NCBI RefSeq assembly: GCF_037042905.1
Contig: NC_087245.1
Coordinates: 22,880,001-22,944,000 of the forward strand
Source of the DNA: Lytechinus pictus
Taxonomy: Eukaryota
DNA length: 64,000 nt
Reading direction: 5' to 3'
Part shown: positions 12,817 through 24,800 of the stretch, in pieces
Position numbering within the stretch: position 1 is the stretch's first letter
How the letters are laid out: each line of letters starts with the position of its first letter
The notes under the pieces: generated by a model
The model's database searches: none
Seen by the model: only the letters and a program-made list of their open reading frames with translations
Told to the model about the DNA's origin: nothing
Program-made: the position numbers and the translations under genes

Positions 12817-13369
12817 CCCGGGGGGGCCAGTTCCATTCACGAGTGGATACCATGCGCGACCATGGGGTCTCGAAAAGCACCCTAAACACGTAATTTCCAT
12901 ATTCTGAAAATGCACCCCTTAACAAGTATTGGCGTGTGAAACCCTACCCTTAACAAGTATTGGAAACAAAACGATACTCTTGGCAAATATTCCCTGAAAC
13001 GAACCCCTAAACAAGTACAGGAATGTTTTATTGTTACGGGTCTTTCGGTCGTCGGCTTTACCTATTTTGGTTTAGTACGACCCCATCTTCTACATCTCGC
13101 GAAAATTGGACTCTAAACACGAAGTGTTGGGGCAAAAAGGACATCCTTTATAAAACATTTTAATTTTGTTTTATCATCCCCGCAAATTCGACCCTAAACA
13201 CGTAATTGTCCTATAGCGAAATAGATACCCTTTTTTCATTATTTTTGTGTTTTTGACACCCTTATCACGTTACGTACGTAACGTGCCCTATCGTGAAAAG
13301 GACATCCTTTTTACGTGTTTTTTTGGTCGCGCATGGTATCCACCCGTCAATGTAAGTGGCCCCCCCGGG
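12817..13369. mobile_element. MITE with CCCGGGGGGGCCA TIRs
   Basis: ~45-bp imperfect TIR (CCCGGGGGGGCCA...GTGGATACCATGCGCGACC); flanked by (G)CAAAAAA on both sides. Confidence 0.85.
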
Positions 13370-13769
13370 CAAAAAAAATAAAAAAAACAAGACAGCTAAC
13401 ATTAATCATTGTCAAGGAAAAATGTAAAATGTATTAAGATCCCAATCCCCATAATAATAGGTTATGATCACAGTGACATAACCCCCCCCCCCCCGGGTGA
13501 CCAGACGTCCCGTCCCGACATACCCTTCCCGGGACGCCTATTTGTCCCGTATTTCAGAATATTGAAAAAAGTATAATTAATACATAGAAATGTGAAGAAT
13601 ATTCATCAAATAACCAACAGATGACAAAGCAGACGTAACATTAAAATTGATAACTGTTAACTTGCAAGTTCTACGGTGATTTTCTTGCTACCCAATACAT
13701 TGATAACGAACTGGCCTCCTGCCTGTGTGTGGCAGGCTATTAATATAGCTAGGCATGTTGGATCGGAGA

Positions 13770-14290
13770 AGATTTTTCGTTAAAATGATTGGATTTTTTG
13801 TTTGCTTTAAGTTTGAACTTTTTCCTCTTTTTTTTCATTTTTCTTTCTTTTCTATCCTTCCTGCTTGCCTTTTTTCTCAATCTAACTTCATTTCCAATCT
13901 TTCCTATTTATGTTCATTTGTCTTTCCTTCTTTCTCTTACTTTCCTTCTTTTTTAAAGTTCCTTGTTTTTATTTCCTTCCTTCTTTCTTTCCTCAAACTT
14001 TTCTTTGCTTTCTTCTCCACCTTTCTCCCCTTTTTCTTTTTGTTCTTTCTCTCCTTCCATTATTGTTTTTCTTTCATTTTCTTATCTCTTCATTCTTTCC
14101 TCCCTCGCTTTAATTCATCCATCCTTTTTCATTCTTTATTTTATTTTACCCTTCCAATTCTTTTCCCTTTAATTTCTTTCCTCCCCTCCTGATTTTTTCT
14201 TTCTTTCAGTTTCTTTCAAAGAATGAAAGAAACATTTTTCTTTCCTTCATTGTTTAATTCGTTCTTCCTCCTTTTTTCCCATACTTTCAT
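13770..14290. repeat. CT-rich low-complexity tract
   Basis: Nearly pure pyrimidine sequence; the overlapping Phe/Ser/Leu ORFs are artefacts. Confidence 0.9.
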
Positions 14291-14362
14291 TTTGCAAAAT
14301 GTGCATAAATTAACATATTTAATGAGTAAAAAAATTTGTGTAGAAGTTTAGAATCCCCCACC

Positions 14363-14524
14363 AGTATCGTTTTGTTTCCAATACTTGTTAAGGGTAGGAT
14401 TTCACACGCCAATACTTGTTAAGGGGTGCATTTTCAGAATATGGAAATTACGTGTTTAGGGTGCTTTTCGAGACCCCATGGTCGCGCATGGTATCCACTC
14501 GTCAATGGAAGTGGCCCCCCCGGG
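14363..14524 (-). mobile_element. One-ended copy of the CCCGGG MITE, inverted relative to 12817-12978
   Basis: Near-identical reverse complement of 12817-12978; flanked by the direct repeat CCCCCACC at 14355-14362 and 14525-14532. Confidence 0.85.
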
Positions 14525-15549
14525 CCCCCACCTAGTGCTATGATATAGCAAACAGAACTGAAATCGGACTTGAAATGACGAAGTCGAAGAAGCTTTTTTT
14601 CTTTTTTAATTGTGGACGGATGACAGGATCTCAGGGGGGAGGGTCAAAAGTTTCAATTTCGCCCGTCCTCTATGCTACGGCTACGCACACGATTATCCTA
14701 CTAACTAGATTTTATTATTATTTAGCCTAAGTTAGTAAGTAATTTGTTAGGACAGTTCGGGCCAGGGGCAGGAGGACCACTCAGTTACGTTAGCCTAGGG
14801 CTAGGCTATAAACTTAACTAAGGCTTAACGTTAGAAGAGCTCAGTCAGACTCACCCAAAAAGGCAAAGCCCAAACTAACTTAAGGGTTCATTACATGCCG
14901 CCGCGCACAGAAAAATCAACCATTAGTAACTTAGTCGTGTTGTGCACACCAGAAGTGAGATCCCAGCACGCGCGACCCACTAGTTAGAAATCCACTGCCA
15001 AACGCGGTTCATGGGCATGGTGCGAGGTTACTAACCTCGCAATACGTGTGTGTGAGTAAGGCTCTCTCAGTCTCACTCAGTCTCACTCAGTCAGACTCAG
15101 TTGATATAGATTATAGCTCGCTTCAGTACAGCCTCATAACATAAGATAGTCATAAGTCATAATCATATTCAGGATATTCATATCATTCATATCATAGGCT
15201 AAAATAATGCCATGGCATGGAATGCAAATCATCATATTCCAAGGTTTCTTTATTTAATTCGTTTGAAATTCGCTTTGTCCACGTTACATTGAGATCTAAT
15301 CAATGTCCACCCTTGTGCGAGGCGAGATCGCGATGATTGAAGGATCGGGCGAAACTCGTGTATAACTTCCAACACAAAAGTGAACAAATGGGACTAGCAT
15401 TAAAACACTGCTGCGATAACGTAAAAAACAACAATGTCATGGTCTTTTCGAATGACAATTTATTGATTTAAAATAAATACGAGGTATGCATATAATGTTA
15501 ATACGAAATTGAATGAAAATAGGCATCGGAAATATAACGATATACTTAC

Positions 15550-15650
15550 GATTTGTGCTTGAACTTGGCCACTATCACACACGATACGGCGGATTTGGAC
15601 TGAATCGTCTGCAAATTTGTCTTCAAAATTTCGGCGCCAAGATGGACAAG
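15550..15650 (-). promoter_or_regulatory. Putative non-coding leader exon and promoter region of the transposase
   Basis: Minus-strand GTAAGT donor after 15550, 300 bp inside the TIR; similar sequence and donor at 23200 in Element 2; acceptor available at 12716. Confidence 0.5.
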
Positions 15651-15850
15651 TCGATTTTGCGCACGCGCGTTTAGGAATTAAACCACCCCTATGAGCAGTC
15701 TAAATTAAAACCAAATTATGACGTAGTTAAACCCCCCGGCGGTTTAAACTTCTTTTGTGAATAGCAAAATCGAGACCGTGGTCTAAATTTAAACCTTAGA
15801 GGGGGTTTAAACCTCGACCATGGTTTAAACTTCTTTTGTGAATTCGGGCC

Positions 15851-18800
15851 TTTGAGTACACCGATTTTATCAGCTCTTCTGATTGTGATAGGAAAAGGAC
15901 ACTCTGTAACACGGTAGGTGGTATTCCGATAGCTTTGGTTTAGTTTAACCTGGGCCCCGTCTTACAAAGAGTTGCGATTGATCCGATCAATCACAAATAA
16001 GGACAGCCAGCAACGTCAACATCTAAAATGCACGTTTGTTCAAAATATTTTCTAGATATGATGTATATTCATTGTTTTCTTGAAAATTCACAATGCTTCT
16101 CTTTCTTTATAAAAGACATTGGCCCGAATTCACAAAGGAGGTTTAAACCCCGAGGGGGTTTAAACCCCCTCCTAGGTTTTTTAGTCCACGGTTTAAACCC
16201 CGAGGGGGTTTAAACCCCCTCTCTGTTTCACCAACGATGGTTTCTTTAGTCCATGGTTTAAAATTAAACCATGGTTTAAACCATGGTTTTATTTTAAACC
16301 ACGGTTCTGAGCATGCTCAGTAGAGCATATGTTGTCTGCTACGGTCCTTGTTGACGATGGCAAACGGGGTTCGAAAATCCAAAGTATGGGGTTTAAACTA
16401 CCGATTTTCGCTATCTTAATCGATTATATGAAATGAAATTACATTAAAAACTTATTCATTGTTGGATGAGTCGAATTGTATTGTACATCCACTATTTTTA
16501 GATATATCACAAAATGCAAGAAATTGAAAATTTGTCTCAACCACTGCGGTCGTCTGCGCGTCGACGATAATCTCATTTAAGTCCCATCCATAGACATCGA
16601 TGTCAAGTTTTTAATCATTGAATACATTTAATTCGGCTGAAAATGAAATGACAACAACCAGATGTAATATCAAGATTACCCGATGAAACTTGAAGTATGA
16701 ATATAATTACTTCATCAGTTTAAAAAATAAGTAGTATCTTATCAGATAACTTCCTCATAATACTTACATTTTGGTGGTAAGCGGCATTTAATACGAAAAT
16801 CAGCTGTTGATTTTGCATGTCTACGATCTCGATCGCTGAGCTGAGAGTTAACAACGCGCATGCCCGTACAGTCGTCCGGCAACCAATCTAAAGGCATGGA
16901 TCTTCTTATGCTTTTTCAGTATAAAAACAACAATCATAACAAAGATTGTCGATCAGCTATTTTTACGTCATAATCAAACTTGCGAAACAATCTTTGAATC
17001 TAGTTCCATCGTCAAAAATATAATATTTCAATTCAAATGTAAATTCTAGAAAGAACACGTCCCCAAATTTACCCATAATTCTTTTCTGAAGTAAACTTTA
17101 TCCTCCAATTTGTTTATGTTCCTTTCCTAAACTTGAGACCGCCCTGATTTATTCCCTAAATCTTGACTTTATTTTTTTAATGGTAATCAAAAGTGCATCC
17201 CATAAGTCTAGCACGCATAGAAATAAATATTTGTGGATCACTGAAACATGGGCGGAAATCCCTACTTAAAATAGTTTAGGTCTTTTTTGGGAAGATAACC
17301 TTTTTTTGGGATGGGGTAGTTGTAGAATTATTTGATTTAATTCCCAAAATATTTTAAAGGTTTAGCATATATATTTCCTAAATAATTTTTATTAAAATAA
17401 ATAATTTGAATTTCTATTTCTCATTTCAATTCAAAAATTGTTTCAATAGTTAAACAATATTGAAGTGAAAATAAATTGATGAAGTGTTCTTTCACGTTCT
17501 CATAATCTTTCTCTTGTTCCCGCTCATTTTCTTTCTTTCTCTCAAACACATACACCATCCTACTACCTTTTTCTCTCTGTCGCCCCCTCCTCCCCCTTGC
17601 TCTTTTGGAAATACATGTTTTTAAATGGAAATATAGGCATTACAAATTGGCATTCTAACTAAAATAAAAGTTATTGAGCTCTTGGTCACAACCATTCTTA
17701 ACCAACTCTTCCCCCCACACATTTCTCTATAAAATCTATCTTACATCGAAGCAGTTTAAATATTTGAAAGTTATCTATTTTTTTATTTCAATATTTCAAG
17801 GTGGTGTACATAGAGAAATCATGAAAATTGCAATATTCAATCATAAAATTATTTCCTGTTTTAATGATTGTACAACAGAATACCTTGGCATAAATTTATA
17901 ATGGAAATATTTTCAAATGTCAAATTCATTAGAGTGTATATTCTATAGGCATATAATATTCTCAGTACATGTAATGTATTAATCCAATAAACAATAATGC
18001 TTCTCCCCCCCCCCAAAAAAAAAAAAACATTGCAGGTCATGTACAGATCAAGTTCCAATAACACCTAGCAAAGCCAGTGCATCTACTATGACTTCACTCC
18101 CTTCACGCCTTTTTTTGTAACTGTGTTGACATTAATAAAAAAAAAGATTTTATTTTTTAAATTGATTTTTTAAAATTAATTTGTAATTCTCCAATGAATT
18201 CATTTTCATACATACCAAATTATGTTAATAAGTTTGTTCAGATCAATTATGCATTTCTTTAAAAATCTATATAAATATCAAGTATTCCACATAATTAAAC
18301 AGTCATCTTTCTTATTTCCCTCAACCATGAAATACGGCAACTTCAAATCCAGCACTGCCTCAAGTTACACCACCCAATCAACCAAATGCATGTACTCCGA
18401 TTTCATTTCCCCATTCTAGGTGAATATTTCTGACAATATATCTGACATCCTCCCCCCATAAAATATATATATATATAAAAGGGGGTACTTATCACAAATC
18501 ATAAAAGTGCAGAATACAATTTTCCTACTAGTGAAAATCCTTTTAAGCAAGCACTATAAAATTGCATTCTTAATCCTTATTGCAATACATAATTATAAAT
18601 AAAACTACTCTTGCGTATAAGAAATTTAAATAAAACCTAATCAAACATCCTGTCTCCCCAACTTCAAATCCATCATTGACTGAAGACATATCTGAATAAA
18701 TCAACCGTATAAAGAACATTTATCTTTTAAATATTTTATGAAACAAAAATACATTTAATAACCTATTGAAATAAAGATTTCTTAAATTAAGAACTGCATC

Positions 18801-21800
18801 CTCACAAAATGAAAGGTCATTCTTTCTTCTTTTTTATGCTTGTTGCAATTAATACACAAATAATGATTGCAAATATGAAAACTCCATGTCCAGTTTAAGC
18901 TAATTTTGAATAAAAGCTATCTCACAAAGTGGACCTCTCAAAAAAAAAAAATCCCAAATCATAATATAATTACATGATCAAGAGTATTCATCACTTTCCT
19001 TGAAACAAAATAATAAAACCCTCCCAACTGAGATGAATGAGACACATTGTTGAAATTTATAAACCAGCATAAGAACAGAAGTTCATCTATTTTTTTCACC
19101 ACGAGGACAAATTCTACAAATTCATTTCTGTCCGAGTTATCAAGGAAACGTTCCCAGACTGATGGACCTTCTTCAAAATCACATTCCTCTTCAAGGTAAT
19201 TTAGTACCATTAAAATTACAATGCCTTTTTTTCCATTAACCCTTTCTGCCAGAATATCTCTTTGACCAGACTCATAAATCAGATGTAGTTGAAATAGATG
19301 TTAAATACTTTAACAAATTAAACATGATCCCCAAATCAAGTACATGTACATTTAATTACAAGATCATGTTAATTGGATGCACAATACACTGGTACACACA
19401 AAATAATCTGAATATACTACAGATATGTAGTACGATATTTAGAGGTGAAGAGGGATTTATATAACTGAACTGGGAGGGTGAATAATTTGAAGTATGAAAA
19501 GGGCTTCAATATATGTATGTTACCAGATTCAAGCGATTCAATGAACTGTGCACTGAATATTGTATGCTTCTGAAAAGAAAGCATTGCATTATTTTCTGTT
19601 TTTAAAGAAATTTTATAATTACCGGGTAAGTCTTTAATGTTTTCCAAAATTCAATTTATGGTTCTGAGAACAATCAGAGAACTCCCCAATGTCATTGGTG
19701 TCAGAAGCTGAACCAATCAAGTAGAGAGTTACTAGTACGTTAAACAACACATCTTTGACAACGTGATTTATAGTATGTTTCTTACAAACTGCACTGTTAC
19801 TATATGTTATGTACTGGTACTTCAATATTGAATTTTAACCCTGCAGCAATACTACAAACCTTCCTTCTTCTGCAAAATGGAATTTGAATTACCCATCTCA
19901 AGGAAAAAAGGATCATCTGTCAGAAGTGTTTGAGCTGGTAGAAGTGCATGCCGTTAGAATTGAAGTTCAATGGAAGAAGCATGATCTCGACTTTAAAGAG
20001 TACAAGATGAGAGTGAAAGAACACAATATGAGATTGAAAGAGCACGATATGAGCTTGAAGGAGCATGAACTATGAATTGACGTTTTGAATAAAGAAAGAG
20101 AGGTTGCTGAAGCTAAGCTGCTGGAATCACAGGGTTATACCAATCAATTTATTAACAAATAAAGAAGTAAAGTATTCTTCATAAATTTGAATGAACTCTG
20201 CTTTTCTATGTTCTTAATACTTTTGCCATTGTTATAGGCATTCCTCTCCACATGAATTTGGAATGGGGTATATAGGAAGCATATGGCCCAATCCCCCTCC
20301 CCCCCCCCCTGGGCTCTTGATGTAGACATGTGTCCCATCAATTGCACCTTTCACTCCTGGAAATCTAACAATACTGGTAGAACTGTGGCTGAGTTGCTTC
20401 AACTTCTTCTCTTGTCAAAGGAATTGTATAGCTTCCGACACATCTTTGATGATCCGACACATTGATGACTGCGATATTGCTGCCTCATCATCATGCATCT
20501 TTTGAAATGATCCTGTAAAATCAAACAAACCATATGGTTGATGGGTGAGGTGATTGTTTCGAGGTAATTTTAAAACATTTCATTGAAGCACATATAGATT
20601 TTAAACAATGAATATCCATCTTGTACAAATATCAGACAATTTTCTCCAATTTATTTTAACAAGTGGAACGCCTCTGGCAGTCTCGCCATCATTATGCGAT
20701 TCAATATAGCAGCAGTGCTGACTTCAAAAACAACTATTGAATAATTTTTTTTGCCCAATGCTTTTATGACTTTTTACCTTGAAGTTTTGCACATCTTTTG
20801 ATTAAAAGTTAAAAAAATAATTGGGTTGTACAGTACCCGAACAACGTACCATTAATTTTTAATTTCAGCCAAGCTGACACTAGTGAATTATATTTGTGAC
20901 ATAAATTGAGGAAACAGAATTGAAATTAATAGAGAAATTACATAGAAGAAGCATTTTTTGGGATTTATGAATAAATTTTGCATAAATTAACAAATAATAT
21001 TCTAGTCAAAATTTCAAGTCTGTGTGGAAATTTGGGGACCCTTATCATGTAGCTCTACCAGATGGATGAAAAAAAAATCAAAATTGGTCAACAAATACAG
21101 AAGCATTTTTTGTGATTATGAATTTCGCATAAATTAGCATGAATAAATTTTGCATAAATTAGCATAAATAATTTTCTACTCAAAATTTCAAAAATTTTGT
21201 GTACAAATTTGGTGAACCTCATGAAGCTCTACCATGGGTTAATGGCAACATTTATAACTCTAACCTGACATAACAGTTGTAACAGCAGAGCCTCACTCCT
21301 GCTGTGGTACTTTTGGAATTTTTAAAGTATGCAATTCATAGGTACTTGACTGTTTGCTTAAATGATACATTTGTTTATGTGCTACCTCTCTGATTTCTAG
21401 ATATTGTCATTAACTTTATCTGGAGTCCTAAAATTAATAGAAACAACCTCAGTCAAATAGATTTAACAGTGCCAAGAAACATTCAATAATTGTTTATGAA
21501 AAATTCAATTACTCACCCACTGCATAAAAACGGAGAGTTGTCAACGCCTGCAAATAAACAGGAAGTGGATCATTCTTCTGTGTGTCCCTCTTCAATTCAA
21601 CTTCCAGCATATTGATGACGTACATGTCGGTTTCTTTTGACAGTCGATACCGATCTCGAAGTGGCCCATCCTCGTAAGATTCTGATGGATTTTTAGCATC
21701 AAGTAGCCCACGTCTTGGCAAAGGTAGCTGTATGCAGAAGAGTTGAATATTATTTTAAATTCTTTTATTTTGTGATCTTTATAATCGTTCCAAATCCAAA

Positions 21801-24800
21801 CTGGACATGAGCATGTAGATTTGATCTACCAACATAATTACTGCAATCTTAATTTTCTTCCCGAGATTAACAAAAACTACATTCGAGTTGTTATTTCATT
21901 TCTTCAGTCTGAAGATTTCATTTTCGTTGTCTCATCAAATCATTTCAATAACACTTTTGAACAAATTAAAACAATGTAAATCAAATTAATCATACCTCTT
22001 AGTAATTCAAGGTTGTGAAGATGGAGATAATCCATGGATATAGATCTACGGTTCCTCTGATGTCGATGTAATTCTGTGAAACAATGGTCAAAGTTTTAAA
22101 CAAACGTAAATTTTTCATATATAAAAAAAACAGTCATTGGTTTATCACTTAATACAGGAGCCTGTTGCAGACAGAGTTGCAATCAATCGTAACTCTTAAA
22201 ATCATGCGCAACAGCGCGTATTTGTGACTTGCGATTGATTTATTGGCTTGCGTTTAAACGCAACTCGTTCATAGTGAACATGGTGAATAATAAAAAAAAC
22301 AAAAATATTGTAATAATTTGTGCGAATATACCTTTCACAATTAATGGGTTTTTTTAAAAAAAAATTGGGGGGGGGCTATATTTTCTCCATTTGAATTTTG
22401 CAAGTGAAAAGATTTTAGACCAAAATCTGAGAAATTCCTACAGCCTCAAAAATTGGCCTGTGCCGAAAGGAAAGGTAGGTCTAGAAATAGACCAAAAGCT
22501 TCATTTCAGTCTCTGTATTTTGGTTGTTCCGCTGAACTGCGTTGGCTCCACTTTTTTTTTTTTTTTGTGAGTACCCCTCTGGCTTGGAACCATCTCCCAC
22601 CTGACATGCCTGACACAGTGAACAGCACATCACTAGAGGTGTTCAAGTCAAAGATCGAAAAGAGCTACCTACGATACGACTAAATATCACCGTGCCCTCT
22701 CTCACCCGCTGCATTCATACCAATTGGTCCAGCAGTGTACACATCCAGATCCAGAATTTTGAAATGCAATTTAGCCAGGCAAATTGAAAACAAAATTCTT
22801 TCTCTCTAAAATGCACCAAATAGTACAAAATTATATTGATCTAGGGTTATATTTTCATCTTGACATTTACAAATGAAGATATAGAAGGCACCATAATATA
22901 ATATCCTTGTGAAGCTCTTAAAAACAAATATTAAGCCCGGCCCGCGGCTGAGCTGCGCACCTTCAAATTCGTTCAACAACCACAGCGTCAAAATATCCGA
23001 ACACTTAAATGCACCGATGGGACTGTGGCAATACACACGCGACGATAAAGTGCATCGTCTGGACTTGTCAATACCAAAACCTCGTTCGCAATCATGAAAA
23101 ACAACACTATCAATTTCATAAAACTACATAAAACGAATCAATATATTCCAGAGAAGTACAGCGGGAATTTATTTTACGAATTCAAAGAAGAATACTTACG
23201 AATTTCTGATCAAGAAGACCACTTGACACATCCCAGACGGCAAAGAAAATTCTCTTCACTTCGCGGATTTTTCAGAAACTTCCCAAGTGCGCATGCTCGT
23301 AAAGATAAACCATGGTTTAATTTTTTTAAACCACATCTCGGAGCTGACTAAAAAATATGACGTTTCATGACGTTTTATGACGCATTTAAACCCCCTCGGG
23401 GTTTAAACCTCCTTTGTGAAACGCAAATGAAAAACCCAGCTCGGGGTTTAAACCAGGAGGGGGTTTAAACCACCAAAAACCAGGAGCTAGGTTTTTTGTG
23501 AATTCGGGCCAATGTGTTACTTTCCCATATAGAAAAAATTATGTTATGAATGGATTTCCATAGAGTTATGATTGATTGGGTCAATCGTAACTCTTTGTAA
23601 GACGGGGCACTGGTTTAACTTGGACGTCATTTTTATGGGTGCCAGTTGTAAACTTATTCGCCATGTGAAAACTATTCGTTTCCTGGTGCAAAAAATATCA
23701 ATTTTTTAAACGAGTCTAAAAACGAGAGTTATACGAAAGTACAAAAAAAACATATTGAATTTTCATTAATTAATTGGTTATTAAATTGTCACGAATATGG
23801 AAAAAACATATAGAGCCAGCATTCAATAGAAATGTGGTATATAATTCTTGTTTAAACTAAGGTTAAACCTAGGTTTAATTATCAGGGGCGGTATTCTGAG
23901 GTCATTTTATCTTTAAAATATTTTATTTTATCTCTTAAAATGAAATTGGTATTCTGAGATGACATTTTATCTCTCAGATAAAATTTTGAATTTTATCTTG
24001 CATATAAATTTTATCTTGCGTATCTACAGATGACACGCAACAGAGGAGTGCCTGCGTAGACATACCCATCGCGTATCTGGCCATGCAACGCGGATGATGT
24101 GCTCGCGCCCATGTTACTTTGAAGAAAAAATAAAATAAACTTAAAAGAGGGTAGGGGCTGTTTTATCTCTGCGACGTTGCTTTTATCATTATTTCTTGGT
24201 GAATTAACTACAAATGTTGACATGAAAATTAAGAAAAATTATATATTTATTGAGAATAATACCTTAATGTTATTCCTGTACAATCAGGAAGTATTTCATA
24301 AAACTTTTCTTGACTAATATTGTCTTTGAAATGATGCTTGAAAAGATGTGATATAGACTTCGAAAAAAGATGAGAGTATTGTCATTTTTTTAAAAGAAAT
24401 CTCTGTAAAGACGCGCAAGCGTATTTTGCAAGCGTATTTGAAGTCAATAAATTGACGCAATATCACTCCTTTGCCACACCTCAGCTCCTGGCGGAATGGA
24501 TTTTCATTGGTTGAGTGATATGAGAGAGCTATAAAAGCGCATTTTTAATTGGATATTGATTAAAAAATAGGTGTGTCTTACAGAGATAAAATGAAGATAA
24601 AATTGTTCTCAGAATACTAATTCGGAGAGATTTTAAGGGTATTTTATCTCACTGATTTTAACGGAGATGAATTATCTGAGATAAAATGGATCTCAGAATA
24701 CCACCCCAGAATATTATACCTGTGAGTTTATACGGAAGATTAATTACATTTTCATATTTATAACGAAGAAGGAACAGCAGCAGCAGCAACAACAACAACA

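Larger units (their letters stand above)
1..15850. mobile_element. PIF/Harbinger DNA transposon, Element 1 (autonomous-type; left end upstream of window)
   Basis: Convergent Myb/SANT-like gene (+) and HARBI1-type DDE transposase (-). Right end TTTGTGAATTCGGGCC at 15835-15850 is identical to the Element 2 TIR. Subterminal GGTTTAAAC motifs at 15740-15830. Confidence 0.9.
16121..23510. mobile_element. PIF/Harbinger Element 2, 7.4 kb, complete ends, decayed genes (non-autonomous)
   Basis: Perfect 16-bp TIR GGCCCGAATTCACAAA; GGTTTAAACC arrays at both ends; flanks ATT / AAT; convergent Myb-partner and transposase remnants. Confidence 0.93.
15953..23609. mobile_element. Harbinger-type MITE (~270 bp) split by Element 2
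   Basis: TIR GCCCCGTCTTACAAAGAGTT(G/A)CGATTGA; CTG TSD at 15950-15952 and 23610-23612. Confidence 0.88.
15916..24721. mobile_element. Old Harbinger-like MITE (outermost layer of the nest) inserted at the TMEM145-like splice donor
   Basis: Left end AGGTGGTATTCCGATA; right end TATCAGAATATTATACCT once the inner MITE is removed; GGTTTAA/TTAACC subterminal motifs; GT on both flanks. Confidence 0.55.

Noticed and set aside
13755..14192. Phe/Leu/Ser-rich membrane-protein-like ORFs
   Set aside because: Translation of a CT-rich low-complexity tract.
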